Assembly (NCBI GenBank): GCA_951406725.2
Contig: OX597839.1
Location: 40,486,001 to 40,550,000 of the forward strand
Origin: Octopus vulgaris
Lineage: Eukaryota
Direction of reading: 5' to 3'
DNA length: 64,000 nucleotides
The position numbers and the translations under genes were made by a program. This document shows, piece after piece, positions 1 through 13,019 of the stretch; within the stretch, counting starts at the first letter, position 1, and every line of letters begins with the position of its first letter. Under the pieces are notes generated by a model. That model saw only the letters and a program-made list of their open reading frames with translations. It did not search any database and was not told where the DNA came from.

Positions 1-198
1 TTGTTTATGCATGACAGTTTCATATTATCTGCATTGCAATCTGTGTTGCCTGAAGGTTGTTTATGCAATTTTTTACGAATATTTATAACAGGGTACGTGC
101 AATATCATAGCACAAAATACATACCGTGGAGAACAACCACCATAGCAAAAAATACACCACTGGCTTTATATGCGCATGTGTAAGCGAGCTGGTGGTAA

Positions 199-1095
199 GG
201 CGGTGAGATGGCAGAATCGTTAGCACGCCGGGCGAAATGCTTAGCGGTATTTCGGCTGCCGTTACGTTCTGAGTTCAAATTCCGCCGAGGTCGACTTTGC
301 CTTTCATCCTTTCGGGGTCGATTAAATAAGTACCAGTTACGCACTGGGGTCGATGTAATCGACTTAATCCGTTTGTCTGTCCTTGTTTGTCCCCTCTGTG
401 TGTAGCTCCTTGTGGGTAATAAAGAAATAGGTATTTAGTCTGCTGCTACGTTTTGAGTTCAAATTCCGCCGAGGTCGACTTTGCCTTTCATCCTTTCGGG
501 GTCGATAAAATAAGTACCAGTTACGCACTGGGGTCGATGTAATCGACTTAATCCGTTTGTCTGTCCTTGTTTGTCCCCTCTGTGTGTAGCTCCTTGTGGG
601 TAATAAAGAAATAGGTATTTAGTCTGCTGCTACGTTTGAGTTCAAATTCCGCCGAGGTCGACTTTGCCTTTCATCCTTTCGGGGTCGATAAATTAAGTAC
701 CAGTTACGCACTCGGGTCGATGTAATCGACTTAATCCATTTGTCTGTCCTTGTTTGTCCCCTCTGTGTGTAGCTCCTTGTGGGTAATAAAGAAATAGGTA
801 TTTAGTCTGCTGCTACGTTTTGAGTTCAAATTCCGCCGAGGTCGACTTTGCCTTTCATCCTTTCGGGGTCGATAAATTAAGTACCAGTTACGCACTGGGG
901 TCTATGTAATCGACTTAATCCGTTTGTCTGTCCTTGTTTGTCCCCTCTGTGTGTAGCCCCTTGTGGGTAATAAAAAATAGGTATTTCGTCTGTCTTTACG
1001 TTCTGAGTTCAAATTCCGCCGATGTCGACTTTGCCTTTCCTCTTTTCGAAGACGATAAATTAAATACCAGTTGCGTACTGGGGTCAATCTAATCT
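199..1095 (+). mobile_element. SINE family A (tRNA-derived, Meta-domain-like): one head followed by five tandem bodies
   Basis: A-box-like TGGCAGAATCGTT and B-box GAGTTCAAATTCC, then GCCTTTCATCCTTTCGGGGTCGATAAA(A/T)TAAGTACCAG, which resembles the MetaSINE core. Bodies of ~183 bp restart at 430, 614, 797 and 980. Confidence 0.9.
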
Positions 1096-1374
1096 GCCTA
1101 GTGGAGAAAAGATTATGTATGTATATGGGTATATATCTGTACATATGTGTGTGTGCGTTGTTCAAGGGTGACGTAAATAGCAACTCAAACGCGAGGGAAA
1201 AAATAAATAAGCATAGATTTGGTTTGAGATTTGACTCTCAAAAAATGGGTAACAAAATGATGAAATATTTTTTAATGCCTCGAGTATACGGTCTTCTGCT
1301 GAATGGTAAGACAGAGATGGAAGTATCTATATATATGTATATCGATGTATGTATGTATATGTATGCATCTATGC

Positions 1375-1407
<33 letters not shown>

Positions 1408-1734
1408 TGTATGTATGTATGTATGTATGTATGTATGTGTGTATATATATATATGCATCTATTCATATATGTATGTATGTATGTACGTAGGTATGTATGT
1501 CGTTGTTCAGTTATATTTCAAGATTTCTTGCCAATAGAGAAAGATTCAGTTTCCAACCAAGATTCAAGTCTCATTCGTTGGAATTTCACCATCAACAGGA
1601 TATTTTGTTAGTATGTATGTATGTATGTATGTATGTATGTATATATGTATGTATGTATATGTAGATTTGTATGTTTTGTTTTATGTATGTATTCTCATAC
1701 ATATAGTTGCTTATCTAGACATACTCATATATAT

Positions 1735-2014
1735 TTAAGTGATAAACTTCTGGATACTACAGAATTTTACAGTTCCAGTGTTGGACCGGATCTGTAGTCT
1801 TCGAATTAGCTTTCTCCCTTCTGATTTTGAGAAGCCTAATTTCTCAAGACTGGTATTTAGGTAGTGTGTTACATATCCCATGGGCCCAATAATTACAGGT
1901 ACAAACCCAAACTTGTCATCTGGATAGAATAACTGCAGTTCAGCATAGGTGTTCTGATTTCCAGCTTTAGGTTAACATCCGCTGGGCAGCTAATTTCAAC
2001 GACTGTGTACAGTT
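1735..2014 (-). mobile_element. Decayed 3' end of an RLE-type non-LTR retrotransposon (R4/NeSL/Hero-like)
   Basis: Minus-strand translation across a frameshift/deletion gives TVVEISCPADVN...TYAEL...FVPVIIGPMGYV...LEKLGF...LIRRLQIRSNTGTVKFC, typical of the restriction-like endonuclease C-terminus. Confidence 0.7.
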
Positions 2015-2213
2015 TATGTATATATGTATATATGTAAATAATGAGGGAGATAAATTAATATTAATATAATTAACATCAATTTAAAACCAGTAGCCTAGCA
2101 TACAAAAATCTGAAAAATCAGAGAAAATTCTAATACATGTGTATGTTCAAAGGGCAAGACCTCTAGGTAGTCGGCCGTATGCTAGAAATAGATCACCAAT
2201 GTATATATGTATA

Positions 2214-2602
2214 CTCTCTCTTTTTACTCTTTTACTTGTTTCAGTCATTTGACTGCGGCCATGCTGGAGCACCGCCTTTAGTCGAGCAAATCGACCCCGG
2301 GACTTATTCTTTGTAAGCCCAGTACTTATTCTATCGGTCTCTTTTGCCGAACCGCTAAGTGACGGGGACGTAAACACACCAGCATCGGTTGTCAAGCAAT
2401 GCTAGGGGGACAAACACAGACACACAAACATATACACACACACTTACATATACATATACATATATACGACAGGCTTCTTTCCGTTTCCGTCTACCAAATC
2501 CACTCACAAGGCATTGGTCGGCCCGGGGCTATAGCAGTGGGACTGAACCCGGAACCATGTGGTTGATTAGCAAGCTACTTACCACACAGCCACTCCTGCG
2601 CC
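2214..2602 (-). mobile_element. SINE family B (tRNA-derived, CORE-like; octopus OR-type), with an internal deletion
   Basis: Minus-strand head GGCGCAGGAGTGGCTGTGTGG...GGTTCAGTCCC, internal microsatellite and (AAGAGTAA)-type tail. Matches the copies at 19439 and 51601. Confidence 0.9.
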
Positions 2603-3141
2603 TATATGTATGTATCTATGTAATTTAAAATTAATAATAAACGGGGAAAATTAATCAATTAAATTAATTAATTTAATCAATCAATTAATTAATAATTTTA
2701 CCAAGTAGATCGGTACGTTAAAATAACCCTTATAGGGAAAATTATACAAATATTCTATAATTATAAACATAATTATAATTACAGGTCAGCAAATTGCTTC
2801 AACACACACCGAATTTAGAAATAGGACTTAAAATTTCCGTACGTATGTATATATGTATGTATGTATGTTTGTAGGTATGTACGTATGTATGCATGTATAT
2901 GTGCATGTATGTATATATGTACGTACTTACAATTTGTATGCAAGTATGTACGTATGCATGTGTGTACGTATGTATGTACGTATGTATGCATGTATATATA
3001 TGTGTACGTATATACGTATGTATGTATGTGTGTATATAAGTATCTACGCACTTATATGTGTACGTACGTACGTACGTAATTATGCATCTATGTACGTACA
3101 TATGTATGCATGCATGTGTGGGTATGTATGCATGTATGTAT

Positions 3142-3310
3142 GTAGGTAGGTAGATAGGTAGGTAGGTAGATAGGTAGGTAGGTAGGTAGGTATGTAGGTA
3201 GGTAGGTAGGTAGGTAGGTAGGTAGGTAGGTAGGTAGGTAGGTAGGTAGGTAGGTAGGTAGGTAGGTAGGTAGGTAGGTAGGTAGGTAGGTAGGTAGGTA
3301 GGTAGGTAGG
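3142..3310. repeat. (TAGG)n microsatellite
   Basis: Read directly from the sequence. Confidence 0.97.
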
Positions 3311-3380
3311 CAGGCAGGCAGAGCTGGCTGGCTGATTGGCTGGATATATGTATGGATAGGTGGATGGGTTTATACATATA

Positions 3381-3599
3381 TCTTTTACTCTTTTAGTTGT
3401 TTCAGTCATTTGACTGTGGCCATGCTAGAGCACCGCCTTTAGTCGAGCAACTCGACCCCGGGACTTATTCTTTTTGTAAGCCCGGTACTTATTCTATCGG
3501 TCTCTTTTGCCGAACCGCTAAGTAACGGGAACATAAACACACCAGCATCGGTTGTCAAGCAATGCTACGGGGACAAACACAGACACACAAACACACACA

Positions 3600-3645
<46 letters not shown>

Positions 3646-3973
3646 TACGACGGACTTCTTTTCAGTTTCCGTCTACCAAATCCACTCACAAGGCTTTGGT
3701 CGGCCCGAGGCTATAGTAGAAGACACTTGCCGAAGGTGCCACGCAGTGGGACTGAACCCGGAACCATGTGGTTGGTTAGCAAGCTACTTACCACACACCA
3801 CTCCTACATATATACGACAGGCTTCTTTCAGTTTCCGTCTACCAAATCCACTCACAAGGCTTTGGTCGGCCCGAGGCTATAGTAGAAGACACTTGCACTA
3901 GGTGCCACGCAGTGGGACTGAACCCGGAACCATGTGGTTGGTAAACAAGCTACTTACCACACAGCCACTCCTA
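3381..3973 (-). mobile_element. SINE family B with a duplicated 5' segment
   Basis: Full family B body; the ~165-bp head segment occurs twice (about 3640-3805 and 3806-3973). Confidence 0.9.
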
Positions 3974-4557
3974 CACATTGTACAATTTCACATATATGAA
4001 TTCATGCAGGCATATTCGATATTTTCATATACACATACATATACACACGTACGCCTACATCGAATAAACGCATACATACTGAACACTTGTTGTATACCCA
4101 ACTCCAAACATTCTTCAATTCATATTTACGTAAATTTATGTGCATATATTCAGCACTAAATACGCACAGGGTATGTATACGAGCATATAGATATACACTC
4201 ACTCCTATTCACATAACTTATGCACACATATATGAGTATGTATATTCATGCACAGTTACATGCATAAACTCATACATATACACGAATAAAGATGTATAAT
4301 ACATATAGACCACTGTGTATGCATGCACCTATGTATATATGGATGCCTGTATGTATGTTTGTATATAAATATGTATGTATGTATGTTGTTAGCTTGTATG
4401 TGCGTATGCATGTGTGTGCTTTCAGACTCACATAACATGGGTATCCAAGCAGATTCAGGAAAAACTTTAGGTAAACAACTTGGTGAGAATAGAAAAACAT
4501 ATATGCATGAATGTGTGGATATATATACATATATACATACATATATATGTATATGTG

Positions 4558-4607
<50 letters not shown>

Positions 4608-4618
4608 TATATATATAA

Positions 4619-4682
<64 letters not shown>

Positions 4683-4707
4683 ATATATATATATAGACAT
4701 ATACACT

Positions 4708-4750
<43 letters not shown>

Positions 4751-4923
4751 TCTCAGTAGCTGCTCTCCACTCCTGCCAAGGTGTTTGTAATACACTGCAT
4801 CAGACAGAAGTGAATGGCGCTTGCAAACACATAGACAAACAGCAACAGACCCACACACAGTCATATACAAACACACCAACACACACACATACATATACAT
4901 ACATATATATATTTACATACGTA

Positions 4924-5070
<147 letters not shown>

Positions 5071-5376
5071 CCATGCAATGCGTACATTTTCTATTCATGA
5101 TTTTCTGTTGACGATTTCTGCAGCCAAGTATCCTCGGATTAAACCAGATTTAAAACTTGTGCGCTAAATCTATTGACATTGCATTAACATACCTGAAAAC
5201 CTTTATTGTGTACTCAATCACACGCATGCGCGTACACACGTCATATACTCACGAGCGAGCATGTACACAAACACGCAGATATATTTACATTTATATCCAT
5301 CTGTCCATGTTTTAGTACGTTCATATACATGCATGCACGCAACTATACATCCTTTTCTTTCTCTTCACGTACATAT

Positions 5377-5458
<82 letters not shown>

Positions 5459-5488
5459 GTGCACGCACACACACACACACACACACAT

Positions 5489-5702
5489 ACACAAGAGGGG
5501 TTGCTGAAAAGTTCCTGGCTTTAAGCATAATCGTGAAAGGCCTGATGAAAGGGCCAACCCTCTGAGTTCGTTTACAGGGCTTAGAAAAATCTGAAAGAGC
5601 GCTGTAATATGTGTGTGAATCAAAGAGGGGGGAATATGTTTAATAAAATCAAAATTAACTGATCCTCTGCTATATTCTTTTACACAAAACAACCCATCGT
5701 AT
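5489..5702 (+). mobile_element. Mariner-derived MITE (right TIR partly deleted)
   Basis: Left end GAGGGGTTGCTGAAAAGTTCCTGGCT. Retains the transposase C-terminal remnant GLRKI*KSAVICV-like / GEYV*. Homologous to 40529-40752; flanked by TA. Confidence 0.7.
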
Positions 5703-5721
5703 ATATATATATATATATATA

Positions 5722-5814
5722 AAGTTAATCCAAACAAGAAAGCACAAAAAAACGCAACAACGCGAGGACTTGGAACAAATATGATATTATTGGACGCTCA
5801 GGAAAGAAGGAAAG

Positions 5815-5818
<4 letters not shown>
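5722..5818 (-). repeat. Tail fragment of hammerhead-bearing repeat family E
   Basis: Reverse complement of TTCCTGAGCGTCCAATAAT...TTTGTTCCACGTCCTCGCGTTGTTG, seen at 33325-33385 and 20645-20725. Confidence 0.75.
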
Positions 5819-5871
<53 letters not shown>

Positions 5872-5873
5872 GG

Positions 5874-6031
<158 letters not shown>

Positions 6032-7671
6032 AGCGAAGATGTATGTATGTATACATAATATAATTTGAATTCCTAAATTTATTTATTTTAGGCTGACCAC
6101 GGATTAAGTTGCAAGTACTTGTTTACAATTTTAAAGAAACCATATTTTTCGGCTACAAAGTGCATTATGTACACGGGAGAAAGTAAATCACGTCCACGGA
6201 GTGGGTGTATGTGCGTTCTCAAATCCAAACATATGTTAGTTCGTTCATATATTTCTATATTAATCGTTTCTAAGCGCACACAGCATATTCAACTTTTATT
6301 TTCTGTATTAATATATCTATCCTCGTCTGTCGTCGACGTTTGCTTGCATAGAAACACAATGATAAATAAATCAGTGATGAACGAATCACCTCTATGCACC
6401 TTGTAAATGGAACGAACGATTGATTCATTGACTTGGTGCTCACAGCAGTGAAGTTGCCATCGTTACTTATTTTCTTGATCAGCTCTGTACAGAATATATT
6501 TGCGTGGTTTGTTAGGACCCGACGTCTTACAAATACATAACAAAAACATCAATAAACTCATTATAGGATTATAATTAATTATTCCTCCACATAAAAATAA
6601 TCTTCGTCTATTAATCTTTTCATAAATTAAATTTCCCAAACAGAATAAACCTGAAGAACATAATCCATGACAAACCATCATCAAAATAGCCCCTTCTCAA
6701 ACAATAATAAATCCCCTGTACAGAATATATTTGCGTGGTTTGTTAGGACCCGACGTCTTGGTATTCGAACGGAGGATAGACTCATCGACACCAAACGCGT
6801 GGTTTATAGCAGCGAGGTTCAAGTTTCACTCACGTTCTTGATCATCTCTGCATTTTTCCGTACAGATTAGACACATTAGTGTTATTTGTTAGGATTAGGC
6901 GCGTCAGTGTTGGAACGAAAGTTAGATTCAATGACTCCAGACTCTCGCTCCTTCACGTACGTTCTTGATCCTCTCCACGTTTCCAGTACACAATACGCTC
7001 ATCTGCGTCGTTTGTTAATGTTATGTCGTGAGTTTGAATGTCTCATCGCCAATGATGTCGTAATGATGTTTGGGTGTGCACTAGGGTGTAGCAATAGTAT
7101 TATCCAAATAAACATTTGGGTATGGTTATCTTCTCAGAATAACCTTGCTCAGAATTAATATGTTCACACAGAACGTGTTCCGTAATACGCCAAACGTAGC
7201 TACGATATTAAACTAACACGGTAATCCAATACGGACAGTCAACGCTGTCAACTTCTGGCTGTCAACTGCCGACAGTCAACTCGACAGTTCTTATTTAATT
7301 GAAATGCGTCAGTTCAATTTTAGACACGTTTTGGTGTCTAAATTAATTTTAGACACGCAGTGGGACTGAACATGGAACCATATGGCTGGTAAACAAGCTA
7401 CTTACCACGGAGCCACTCCTACGCCTATTTACAACAGTTGCGGGAGAATTATTGCGATTCTCGAATGTTATACTTCGCGAAGCCAAAGTCACTCTGAATC
7501 GACAAAAACAATCAACTCATAATGCCATAGCGCATTAACAATGTATAATTAGAAGAGTGATTGACATCATTATAATTAAAGTTCAGAGACAGGTGATAAT
7601 TACTAATGTTTATTAAAATGTGAGTAGAAGTAAGGTGGCAAACTGGAAGAATCGTTAGCATGCTGGGCAAA

Positions 7672-7891
7672 TTATTCTTTTCTACTCTAGGCACAAGGCC
7701 CGAAATTTTGGTGGAAGGGGGCCAGTCGATTAGATCGACCCCAGTACTCAACTGGTATTTAATTTATCGACCCTGAAAGGATGAAAGGCAAAGTCGACCT
7801 CAACGGAATTTGCACTGAAATCGTAAAGGCAGACAAAATAGCGCTAAGTATTTCGACCGGCGTGCTTATCGTTTCTGCCAGCTGGCCAACT
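7672..7891 (-). mobile_element. SINE family A, older subfamily with an alternative tail
   Basis: Reverse-strand core ATCGACCCTGAAAGGATGAAAGGCAAAGTCGACC and head CTGCCAGCT. Confidence 0.85.
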
Positions 7892-8209
7892 TATGCCGGT
7901 TAAAATATTAAACACCATTTCATCCGTCGTTACGTCCTGAATTCAAATTCCGCCAAGGTGGTCTTAGCTTTCGTCCTTTTTGGAGTCGACAAAAGTACCA
8001 GTTGAGTACTGTGATCCATGTATTCGACACACTCTTTCAACAAAATTGCGGACCTTGTGCCAAAATTTGAAACCATTATTATTATTATTATCATTATTGT
8101 TGTTATTGTTGTTGTTGTTATTATTATTATTATTATTATCATTATTATTATTATTATTATCATTATTATTATTGTTGTTGTTGTTGTAATTATTATTATT
8201 ATTATTATT

Positions 8210-8767
8210 GAGTGAGAGAGCAGTTCATGCCATCAAAGTAACACTGGGGTAAAATATACGAAGCCCAATATACCCATCATGACTACCCGTCTGATAAGGG
8301 TACACCAGGCACATGCATCGCAACCATATGTGCGCGACATGGTGATCTCATATCAAGATAAACAGCACATGACCTTGCAGGTGGGGCCCAGTTAGAATTT
8401 TCTTCAGGTTGAGTAGCCCATCCCGCTCAAAAGGTCCCTGAATAAGGGTTGTCTAAGGATGTTGGAAGAACCACCCATGTTTCCAGAGGTGAATTATTCA
8501 AACCCCAAAGAATCCCTCTCAACACATGGCTATGATGCTCCCCCACTACTTCTGCTCGTGATCAGAGATGCACATATCGTCAGCCACTAAGGGACATGCT
8601 CAACTGGTTAAGGTCAAACAACTGACAAGCAAATCTGTGGTATTGAGCAGAATATTTGCTGTAGCCCATCTTTTCTACCAAGACAAAACAATGTACATGA
8701 TAACACTTCCAATCAGTTAAGATCAGAAGCCATGAGAGCCACTGCCTGGTACTGCATCAGGGCATTT
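8210..8767 (-). mobile_element. ~555-bp non-coding interspersed element (family D) embedded in (TAA)n
   Basis: Collinear, highly similar full-length copy at 34705-35262 and a partial opposite-strand copy at 36651-36917. No ORF. Strand inferred from the (TAA)n tail convention. Confidence 0.85.
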
Positions 8768-8837
8768 ATTATTATTATTATTATTATTTATTATTATTAT
8801 TATTATTATCATTATTATTATTGTTGTTGTTGTTGTA

Positions 8838-8875
<38 letters not shown>

Positions 8876-8900
8876 CATTATTATTGTTGTTGTTGTTGTA

Positions 8901-8959
<59 letters not shown>

Positions 8960-9006
8960 GAGGATCATCATTATTATCATTATTATCATTATTATTATTA
9001 TTACTA

Positions 9007-9637
9007 AGGTGACCAGCAGGTAAGATCGCTTGCATACCGAACGTAATGCTTAGAGGTAATCGGTCCTTCTTCACGTTCTGAGTTCATATTCCTCAGATAT
9101 CGACTTTTCCTTTCATTCTTTCGGTGTCGATATATCAAGTACCAGTAAGACACCAGGGTCGATTTAATCGAATAGTCCCCTCCTCAACAATTTCAGACCT
9201 CGTATCTATAGTAGAAAGGATTATTATAAATGTGGCAAGCAGGTAGGCTAATTTGCACGCCGAGCGTAATTCTTAGCGATATTTCGTCTCTCCGCTACGT
9301 TGTGAGTTCAAATTCCGCCGAGGTCGACTTTTCCTTTCATCCTTTCGGGGTCGATAAATTAAGTACCATTTACGCACAGTAAATTAAATACCATTTACGA
9401 TATAATCGACTTAATCCGTCTGTCTGTTCTTGTTTGTCTCCTCTGTGTTTAGCCCCTTGTGGGTAGTAAAGAAATAGGTATTTCAGCTGTCATTACATTC
9501 CGAGTTCAAATGACACCGAGATCGTATTTGCCTTTCATCCCTTTCGGGGTTGATAAAATAAGTGTCAATTGTGGTCGATGTAATCGGCTCACCTCCCCTT
9601 CAAAATTGGTGGCCTTTCGCCAAAATTTGAAACCAGT
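9007..9637 (+). mobile_element. SINE family A cluster (monomer plus head-body-body dimer)
   Basis: Three Meta-like cores; GAAATA|GGTATTTC junction at 9476/9477. Confidence 0.85.
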
Positions 9638-10602
9638 ACCTGAGTCGATGTCAATAAATGTTGTTCTAAATTGGAAGACTTAATTTTAGAAAGATCTACA
9701 GGATGCCTATGGGTCAGTCGATATTAATAATCATTCGTTTCCTGTCCAACAAACGATAAGAAGAATTCCGAATCCTTATGGAGTTTACAATTTTATTTCA
9801 TGCATAAATTCTGTTTACGCCCAAGAGAGAAAACATGAGAATTTTTGATGTATTGGTAAAAATAAAGAAAAAAGAAGAAAAAGCACTGAAACAGGTTTCA
9901 AAATGTCGGTATATTTAGAACGATTCAACCACGTGGTCCCAAGGTTCTGTTCCATGCGTGGCACCTTGGGCAAGTGTCCCAGGTCGACATGAGGCTTGCG
10001 AGTGGATTTTGATGACGGAATGTGGAAGAAACTCATCATGTGTATGTGAGTGTGTGAGAGAGAGAGAAAGAGAGAGAGAGAAAGTGTGTGTGTGTGTGTG
10101 TGAGCGTGTGCGTGTGCGTGTGCGTGCGTGTGTGTGTTTTGTGTGTGTGTGTGTGCGTGTGTGTGTGTGTGTAAAGAAAGAAAACAAATGGGTTGAAATT
10201 CACTACAGCTGTTTCAGACGTATTGTTTATTGATGAATGTACACCGATTACATCATTAAAAAAAACGGGTTTGAGATTGTTTTTCCAAGTGAATTAAAAA
10301 TTAAAATTAAAAATTTGGCGCAGAGAAGGCGTCAGTATATGGAATGTGTAATGACCCTCTCATTTTGGTAGTAAGTGTTTTTGGGGGTTGTGTTTGTTCC
10401 CCATCACCGCATGACAACCGAGGTTTGTTTACGTTCCGATAGGATAAGTACTAAACTTTTTAAACATTCCTGGGGTCGATATATTCAATTGAACCCTTCA
10501 AGATGGTGGTCCAGCATAGTCGCTATCCATTGATGTCTACATCACGAGAGCAAAGTTCGAAAGGAATAATAGTAATTTCCCTTGAGTTCTAGATAAGAAC
10601 AA

Positions 10603-10986
10603 TGGAAGCACTCCGTCGATTACGACGACGAGGGTTCCGGTTGATCCGATCAACGGAACAGCCTGCTCGTGAAATTAACGTGCAAGTGGCTGAGCACTCC
10701 ACAGACACGTGTACCCTTAACGCAGTTCTCGGGGATATTCAGCGTGACACAGAGAGTGACAAGGCCGGCCCTTTGAAATACGGGTACAACAGAAACAGGA
10801 AGTAAGAGTGAGAGAAAGTTGTGGTGAAAGAGTACAGCAGGGATCACCACCATCCCCTGCCGGAGCCTCGTGGAGCTTTAGGTGTTTTCGCTCAATAAAC
10901 ACTCACAACGCCCGGTCTGGGAATCGAAACCGCGATCCTACGACCGCGAGTTCACTGCCCTAACCACTGGGCCATTGCGCCTCCAC
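10603..10986 (-). mobile_element. SINE family C (tRNA-Arg-like head; octopus OR-type), full length with 12-bp TSD
   Basis: Minus head GTGGAGGCGCAATGGCCCAGTGGTTAGGGCA...GGTTTCGATTCCC (A and B boxes). TSD AGATAAGAACAA at 10591-10602 and 10987-10998. Confidence 0.9.
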
Positions 10987-11788
10987 AGATAAGAACAAAG
11001 AGGAAATAACACTTTACTGACCAACGACAAGAAAATCTGTGGTATTGAGGAGAGGATAAGATATTGTTGCTTCTGCAACTCAGCGCTGGATCTATCTGAA
11101 ATGTAATGGCAAAGAGATCAGTTTTTGATGTCCAGATCAGAAAAGCAAAGTTTGAAGGGGACAGTAGTCATTTCCTTTGATTTCTATATAAAAGCAAATA
11201 GGAAATAAAACTTACTGACCAAAGACAAACAAAAAAAAAATAGTAATATTGTTACACAGTGTAATAGATAAGAATAGAAGGTTTCTAACATAAATAAGCG
11301 GTTTAGTAGCGAAATGCCGCGATGGTGGCGGAAGATATCAGCAAACAAGGGCTTGTCCTATTATGTCCTATTATGTGTGGTCTTAGTAGTTTAATACTGA
11401 AGAGATTGAGCGTTCTATATTGACAATGAATGACACAAGACACTAGGTTTTTAATCCTCCTTAGATCTCAATCTTCTTAGGTACATGTTGAGTGCATTTT
11501 CTGTATGTGTGTGTGCGTGTGTGCGTGTGTGCGTGTGTGTGCTTGCGTGTTTGTATCTCTGTGTAACATGTATGTATGTATGTGTATGTATGTGTAGCTA
11601 TACATATATATGTATATATGTATTTGAGATATATGCCTGCATACGTGTGTATACGTGTGTGTGTGTGTATGAGTGTTGAATATAAATATATATGCATATG
11701 TCTATCTATCTATCTATCTACACACACATATACATATATATGTTTGTGCATAGTCCATATGTCTTTGTATATATATATATATATATAA

Positions 11789-11847
<59 letters not shown>

Positions 11848-11912
11848 CGTGTGTTTGTGTTTCAATAGGTATATCTATGGCTAAGCATGTATACCGATGC
11901 AGCATAAATAAA

Positions 11913-12122
<210 letters not shown>

Positions 12123-12745
12123 CGATGTAAGTGTGTGTGTGTGTGTGTTTGTGTATGATTTCCTGTGTATGGGGGGGGATGTGTGTTTATGCGTTTGGGT
12201 AAAATGAAGTAGGTTTTAGACGTAAATAAAACCTCTTTCGACAAAAGACTGATTAACTTTACGATGGGATTGTCTTTGAACAGACTCCCTTAAACCGTTT
12301 GGGGAATTACTGATACACCCTCACTCACCCACCCACCTCACCATCTTCTCTCCATTGCTCCTTCCTTTTCACACACAAGCACACGTACACTCATCTTCTG
12401 TCCGGCGATTTGTCTGTCTGTCTGTCTGTCTGTCTATCTGTCTCTATATTGGTTACTCTTTATTTCCTTCCTCTCTCTCTCCCCTTTCTTTCCTTCTCTC
12501 TCTCTCTATCTCTCTGTCTCTCTGTCTTTCTGCCATTCTCCATATCAGTCGAACAAAAGCCTAATACCGTTCTGTATGTGTTATGTGTTTGAGTATATGT
12601 GTATATGCAATTATATACATGTGCATATATACGTAACGATATGTGTATACATAGATAGACACATAAACATACTTATGTACATGTATATGTATGTATATGC
12701 GTTTACATATTTATAAACACATACACATATATTTGTATCTATGTG

Positions 12746-12798
<53 letters not shown>

Positions 12799-12986
12799 TA
12801 TCATGTGACTGACCAGGGGCTATCAGATGTTGCTACACATCGCTGGTCACAATGCGCTTTGCATTGTTTTAGCCTTCAAATGACGCCACCCCGTTGGCTA
12901 AGCGAGCAGGCCATATATATATATTTATATATGTTTATATGTTTATATACCTACAGATATGGATACATATATATTTGTATATGTAT

Positions 12987-13017
<31 letters not shown>

Positions 13018-13019
<2 letters not shown>

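Noticed and set aside
208-405. Recurrent short ORFs such as MAESLARRAKCLAVF… and MLGGQTQTHK…
   Set aside because: They are incidental frames inside SINE families A and B.
199-1095. CRISPR-like periodic array
   Set aside because: The units are whole SINE bodies with no unique spacers, in a eukaryotic context.
10910-10986. tRNA-Arg-like gene (also 45478-45553)
   Set aside because: It is the head of a SINE with a body and TSD, and the acceptor stem does not close properly.
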